Shown in pieces: positions 57,752-64,000 of a stretch of DNA of 64,000 nucleotides (position 1 is the stretch's first letter; each line of letters opens with the position of its first letter). The notes beneath the pieces are model-generated. The model worked only from the letters and a program-made list of their open reading frames with translations. It was not told the origin of the DNA and made no database searches. Source of the DNA: Candidatus Latescibacterota bacterium (GTDB taxonomy: Bacteria; Krumholzibacteriota; Krumholzibacteriia; WVZY01; JAKEHA01); assembly GCA_963707635.1 (NCBI GenBank), contig OY970173.1, forward strand, positions 2,112,001 to 2,176,000, read 5' to 3'. Both the position numbers and the translations under genes were made by a program.

Positions 57752-58299
57752 GCACCGACGCGCAATCGCAGGGAGCGCTGCTGTTGCTCGCGCGCGCCGC
57801 GATTGCGTCGTCGCTGGGTGTGGAGCGCGCGCCGCCCGCGGCCCACCTCCCGGTCTTCGACCGGCTCCAGGGAGCATTCGTCACCCTGACCCTCCGCGAG
57901 CGCCTGCGCGGCTGCATCGGCCGCATCGAGCCGAGCGAAGCGCTGCGCGTCCTGATCCCCGCGGTGGCGCGCTCCGCCGCGTTTTCCGACCCGCGCTTCG
58001 CGCCCCTCGAGATCGACGAGCTCGCGCGCGTCCGCATCGAGATTTCCCTCCTGTCCGTGCCGGAGCGCGTGGACGCACCCGACGAGCTGGTCGTCGGCCG
58101 TCACGGCGTGATCGTCGAGTGGCGCGGGGTGCGCGGACTGCTGCTCCCGCAAGTGGCGGTCGAATACGGATGGGGGCGCGACGAGTTCCTCGCGCACGCG
58201 TGCGGCAAGGCGTCGCTCCCGCCCGACGCGTGGGGGCGGGGTGACGTTCGCATCCTGCGCTTCGAGGCGGAGGTGTTTCGGGAGCCGGCGGGCGGCTAG
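57748..58299 (+). CDS. amrA: AmmeMemoRadiSam system protein A (AMMECR1 family)
   Basis: GAFVTL...LRGCIG, AAFSDPRF, EISLLS, GRHG, GLLLPQVA. Confidence 0.92.
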   Translation: MSTDAQSQGALLLLARAAIASSLGVERAPPAAHLPVFDRLQGAFVTLTLRERLRGCIGRIEPSEALRVLIPAVARSAAFSDPRFAPLEIDELARVRIEISLLSVPERVDAPDELVVGRHGVIVEWRGVRGLLLPQVAVEYGWGRDEFLAHACGKASLPPDAWGRGDVRILRFEAEVFREPAGG

Positions 58300-59798
58300 G
58301 CGGCGGTGGCTTCGGTGAGGGCGCGCTCGCGGTGGGTGGCGCCGTCGTACGACAGGAGCGTCGTCGTCTCGCCGACCACGGTTTGCACGTGCACCGGCCG
58401 CGACCACACCCGGTAGAGCGCTTCGATCGTCGCCTTGGCGTAGTCCTGGCGGAGTTCCACTCCGTCGAACCGGTGGCCCAGATACAGCTCGCCCCGGTTG
58501 TCGAAATTCCCGTCCACGACGGTAATGAACGGGTGGCCCATGTTGGTCAGCTGGAACATCAGCTTTTCCTTCACCGCCTGGAACTCGCGGTCGGCGATCT
58601 CGTAGCGCCCGTTCCGCTCGTTGAGCGAATACGTGAACAGCCGCTGCTCGCGGCAGAACTCCTCGGTCAGGAACTCGTCGATGAAGGTCATGTCATTGTA
58701 GATCGCGCGTACCTGGAAGATCTTTTCGCGCCCCTTCCCCGTCTGCCGGTTCCACGCGGCGCGCGTGGCGATATCGTCGCACTCTTCGTACTCCTTGCCG
58801 AACCGCCCGGTGTTCCAGCGCCGCTCGATGTCGCAATAGAGCTCGTACCCGAGCTTGTAGGGGTTGAGCTGCCCGGCGTGCACCGCCAGCGTCGACGAAT
58901 GGTGATCGGCGAAGTCCACGAGCTCGGCCGCTTCGAGCGCGCGCTCGGTCATGATCTTCTCATGCCAGTACGACGCCCACCCCTCGTTCATGATCTTGGT
59001 CTGCGCCTGGGGAGCGAAATAGTAGGCCTCTTCGCGCATCATGGAGAGGATGTCCCGCTTCCAGTTGGGCAGCGGCGCGTGCTCGATCAGAAAGCGCAAC
59101 ACATCCTTGGCGGGGCGCTCCGGGAACATCCGCCGCGCGTGTTCCTCCGCGCGCGCGCGCCGGCGCTCCTCGAGAAAATCGGGAGGGTTGATGTACGGCT
59201 CCATGTAATCCTTGCTCTTGAGGCGCGGCACGTCCTGGACCGCGACCTCTTCGTGGTCGCGCCCGCCCCCGTTGCGCTCCTCGCACAGAAACAGCGCATT
59301 CGGGTCGATCAGGTTCTCGATCGACGAGCACGTGTCCAAGAATTGCTCGACAACGTCCTGCCCGTGCGCGGCCATGTACCCCTGGATTCGGCTCCCGTGA
59401 TTCGCCATCTCGTCCATCATGTGCCGGTTGGTGTTCCGGAAGTAGGCGTTGTTCTTGAAGAAGTCGCAATGGGCGAATACGTGGCCGATCACCAGCTTCT
59501 GGTCGACCAGCTGGTTGGAGTTGAGCAGGTACGCGTAACAGGGATTGCTGTTGATCACCATCTCGTAGATCTTGTGGAGCCCGTACCCGTAGCTCTTCTG
59601 CATGTACTCGTATTGCATGCCGAATCGCCAGTGCGGATAGCGGGTCGGAAACCCGCCATAGGAGGCGACCATGTTGATCTCCTCGTAGTCCAGCATCTCG
59701 AATATGACGGGGAAGAAATCGAGCCCGTAGGCGCGCGCGTACCCCTCGATTTCCTGGATGATGGCCGCGAGGCGTTGTCTGTCGATCACCGGGCTCAC
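58296..59798 (-). CDS. spoVR: SpoVR/YcgB family protein
   Basis: [49 protein letters not shown]. Confidence 0.93.
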   Translation of the reverse strand: MSPVIDRQRLAAIIQEIEGYARAYGLDFFPVIFEMLDYEEINMVASYGGFPTRYPHWRFGMQYEYMQKSYGYGLHKIYEMVINSNPCYAYLLNSNQLVDQKLVIGHVFAHCDFFKNNAYFRNTNRHMMDEMANHGSRIQGYMAAHGQDVVEQFLDTCSSIENLIDPNALFLCEERNGGGRDHEEVAVQDVPRLKSKDYMEPYINPPDFLEERRRARAEEHARRMFPERPAKDVLRFLIEHAPLPNWKRDILSMMREEAYYFAPQAQTKIMNEGWASYWHEKIMTERALEAAELVDFADHHSSTLAVHAGQLNPYKLGYELYCDIERRWNTGRFGKEYEECDDIATRAAWNRQTGKGREKIFQVRAIYNDMTFIDEFLTEEFCREQRLFTYSLNERNGRYEIADREFQAVKEKLMFQLTNMGHPFITVVDGNFDNRGELYLGHRFDGVELRQDYAKATIEALYRVWSRPVHVQTVVGETTTLLSYDGATHRERALTEATAA

Positions 59799-60898
59799 CG
59801 TCCCTTGCCCAGGAACTTCTTGATCGAGTCGTAGATTTCTTCCCGGCTGCCGATCTCGGCGAGCACGACGTTCTCGGCCTGTCCGAACGCCCCCGCCAGG
59901 TCGTTGACGAACGCCCCGCTCCCGTACGGGCTCGCGACCTGTCCGTAGCAGAACAGATTCGCGCTGGGGAGAATCTTCTCCGCGAGGAGCTTGACGCACA
60001 CCTGCGTGTCCCCACCTCCCCAGTTGTCGCCGTCCGAGAAATGAAACACGTAAATGTTCCACTCACCCGGCGGGCACTCCTCGTCGATCAGGCGGGCGGT
60101 GAGCTGGTACGCGGAGGAAATGCGGGTCCCGCCGCTCTCCCGGGTGTGGAAGAAGGTGTGCTCGTCGACTTCCCGCGCCTCGGCGTCGTGGACGATGAAA
60201 CGCGTCGCCACGCCCTTGTACTGGCGCTGCAACCAGGTGTTGATCCAGAACGACTCGTTGCGCACGATGTCCTTCTGTTCGTCTCCCATCGATCCCGACA
60301 CGTCCATGATGTAGATGATCACCGCGTTGGTCTCGGGGGCGTGGATGGTGCGCCGGGCCCGGTAGCGGCGGTCGTCCTTGATGGGGACGACCACGGGCCG
60401 GTCGAAGTCGTAGGCGCCCGACGCGATCTGACGCTTGAGCGCCTCGCGGAAGGTGCGGCGAAAGTGGCGCAGGGACTCCGGGCCGGTGCGGTGGATGCCG
60501 CTGAAGCGCCCGTGCTCGGCCTCGATCGCGTCCTTCGACTTCGGGCGGATGTTCGGGAGTTCGAGTTCCTCCGCCATGATCTCGGCCAGTTCGGCGAGCG
60601 CGACCTCGACCTCCACCACGTGTTCGCCGGGGGCGTCGCCGGCGGCGCCGCCGCCGCTTCCCTCCGCCTGACCGATGGGCGTCCCCGGCTCGCCGTCGCC
60701 CTGCCCCACCCCACCGAAGCGGCGCGTCTCGTGGCGAAAGGTCGGAATCTCGATCTGGCGGATCGGGATCGACACCAGGTCCTTCCCATGGCGGCCCACC
60801 AGTTCGCCCGTCACCATGTACTTGCGCAGGTCCTTCTTGACGATGCCGCGGACCACCTGCCGGAAGCGCCCCAGGTCACGGTCGATTCGCTGCACCAT
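59795..60898 (-). CDS. yeaH: YeaH/YhbH (DUF444) vWA-like protein
   Basis: GVGQGDG, MDVSGSM (MIDAS), [23 protein letters not shown]. Confidence 0.92.
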   Translation of the reverse strand: MVQRIDRDLGRFRQVVRGIVKKDLRKYMVTGELVGRHGKDLVSIPIRQIEIPTFRHETRRFGGVGQGDGEPGTPIGQAEGSGGGAAGDAPGEHVVEVEVALAELAEIMAEELELPNIRPKSKDAIEAEHGRFSGIHRTGPESLRHFRRTFREALKRQIASGAYDFDRPVVVPIKDDRRYRARRTIHAPETNAVIIYIMDVSGSMGDEQKDIVRNESFWINTWLQRQYKGVATRFIVHDAEAREVDEHTFFHTRESGGTRISSAYQLTARLIDEECPPGEWNIYVFHFSDGDNWGGGDTQVCVKLLAEKILPSANLFCYGQVASPYGSGAFVNDLAGAFGQAENVVLAEIGSREEIYDSIKKFLGKGR

Positions 60899-60916
60899 AC
60901 CGTCTCTCCTCCGGCG

Positions 60917-62971
<2,055 letters not shown>

Positions 62972-63084
62972 GAATCCTCCGAGTGTCGAGGTCGACCGGG
63001 TGTTACGGGTCCATCAGTCGAGATATTGAATGCCGTCGTCGCCGCGCGCCGGGGCCGCCGCATCGGGACGCGCTTCCCAAACGG

Positions 63085-63099
63085 GCAAAAAGCGTACCA
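63085..63099 (-). promoter_or_regulatory. sigma54 promoter candidate for prkA-yeaH-spoVR
   Basis: TGGTACGCTTTTTGC, near-perfect TGGCACG-N4-TTGC. Confidence 0.75.
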
Positions 63100-63284
63100 A
63101 TGGCTTCCGTGCGTTCCCCATCGTCCCGCGCTGCCCACGGTCCCCGTTGCCGCGCGCGTGACTCCCCCGGTCGAGGCGTGCAACTCCTGCCCCGATAGCG
63201 GTCTGGGCAATCGCGCCCGCGGGCCGCTATACTCCGTCGCGCGGGCACCCCGGCCGGTGCCCGGGCGCAACGCGCGGAGGTTCC

Positions 63285-63626
63285 ATGACCAATTGCATCT
63301 TCTGTCGAATTGTTTCCGGTCAGATTCCGTCGAAGCGGGTGCACGAAGACGCGGACGTGGTCGCGTTCGAAGACGCAAGTCCGGTCGCGCCGACGCACGT
63401 CCTCGTCGTTCCCCGGCGGCACCTGGCGACTCTGGACGAGGCGAGCGACGCCGACGCAGGCTTGCTCGGGCAGCTAGTGGTGGTGGCGCGAGCGATCGCC
63501 GCGAAACGCGAACTGGGGAGTGGATACCGCTTGGTGATGAACGTGCACGCAGGGGCGGGACAGTCGGTCTTCCATCTCCACCTGCACGTCCTCGGAGGGC
63601 GGGCGTTCGGCTGGCCGCCGGGCTAG
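63285..63626 (+). CDS. hinT: Histidine-triad nucleotide-binding protein (HinT-like)
   Basis: CIFC, P.APTH.LVVP, GQSVFHLHLHVLGGR..GWPPG. GGAGG RBS. Confidence 0.93.
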   Translation: MTNCIFCRIVSGQIPSKRVHEDADVVAFEDASPVAPTHVLVVPRRHLATLDEASDADAGLLGQLVVVARAIAAKRELGSGYRLVMNVHAGAGQSVFHLHLHVLGGRAFGWPPG

Positions 63627-63997
63627 CCGTCGGTGCCGAAGTAATTCTCTTCCAGGATGGCCCGGAGGTCGATCTCCTGGTCGAAGTCGGCGCGCGTATC
63701 CTCCTCGCGCTTCGACAGCACACCGGCGTCGATCAACTGGAAGACGATCTCGCCTACGTCGCTCCCCGCGCGTATCCCCCACGAACGCAGGACCGTGAGG
63801 GCCATCAGTCCGTAGACGCGGCGGGCGTGCTCACAGGCGCCGGCCAAGAGCTCGGCCGCGCTGACGTGGCGGCGCTCCCCAGCCGAGCGAACGGTCGCGT
63901 CCAGCGCTTCCATCACGAACGCATACGCCTCCGGCCGGTAGCGACCGTCCGCCGCGCGGATCCGCTCGACCAACAACCAGAATTCCGAGCCCGACAC
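63623..63997 (-). CDS. Minf_1886-like conserved small protein (start may lie beyond the window)
   Basis: D.RY..EAY.FV.EAL, RHVS..ELL, YGLMA..VL..WGI...D.G.IVF.L...G.L.K...D...DF. Confidence 0.7.
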   Translation of the reverse strand: MSGSEFWLLVERIRAADGRYRPEAYAFVMEALDATVRSAGERRHVSAAELLAGACEHARRVYGLMALTVLRSWGIRAGSDVGEIVFQLIDAGVLSKREEDTRADFDQEIDLRAILEENYFGTDG

Positions 63998-64000
63998 GTC

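Overview
High-GC (roughly 70% by eye) chromosomal DNA from a diderm, LPS-producing bacterium, with most genes on the minus strand. I saw no integrase, transposase, prophage or CRISPR array. From left to right: (1) an abmABCD-like aromatic-CoA catabolic cluster running off the left edge; (2) a GT-C-like membrane protein, tRNA-Cys/tRNA-Gly and a SPOR lipoprotein; (3) a ~35 kb envelope-glycan supercluster at 8.1-43.1 kb. This contains a Wzx/Wzy-type exopolysaccharide locus (two phosphoglycosyl transferases, Wza, Wzz/GumC, an ExeA-like ATPase, a Walker-A-degenerate CapB-like protein, a nucleotidyltransferase + phosphodiesterase pair, a GT2/GT-C pair, a radical SAM enzyme, an oxidoreductase and an aminotransferase) next to an LPS core/ADP-heptose/msbA operon; (4) lon-hsp20; (5) a PMT-like GT-C, DUF72, a multidomain Ser/Thr kinase and exported proteins; (6) a GldAFG-like ABC system coupled to amrB/amrA; (7) prkA(yeaG)-yeaH-spoVR, a HIT protein and a Minf_1886-like protein. 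The most notable signals are the cytoplasmic nucleotidyltransferase/phosphodiesterase module inside the EPS operon, a structured leader with an intrinsic terminator between a near-consensus sigma70 promoter and the EPS operon, and six sigma54 (-24/-12) motifs upstream of envelope and stress operons. Many starts were re-called from the ORF track using RBS and stop/start overlaps. Family names come from motif recognition, not database searches.
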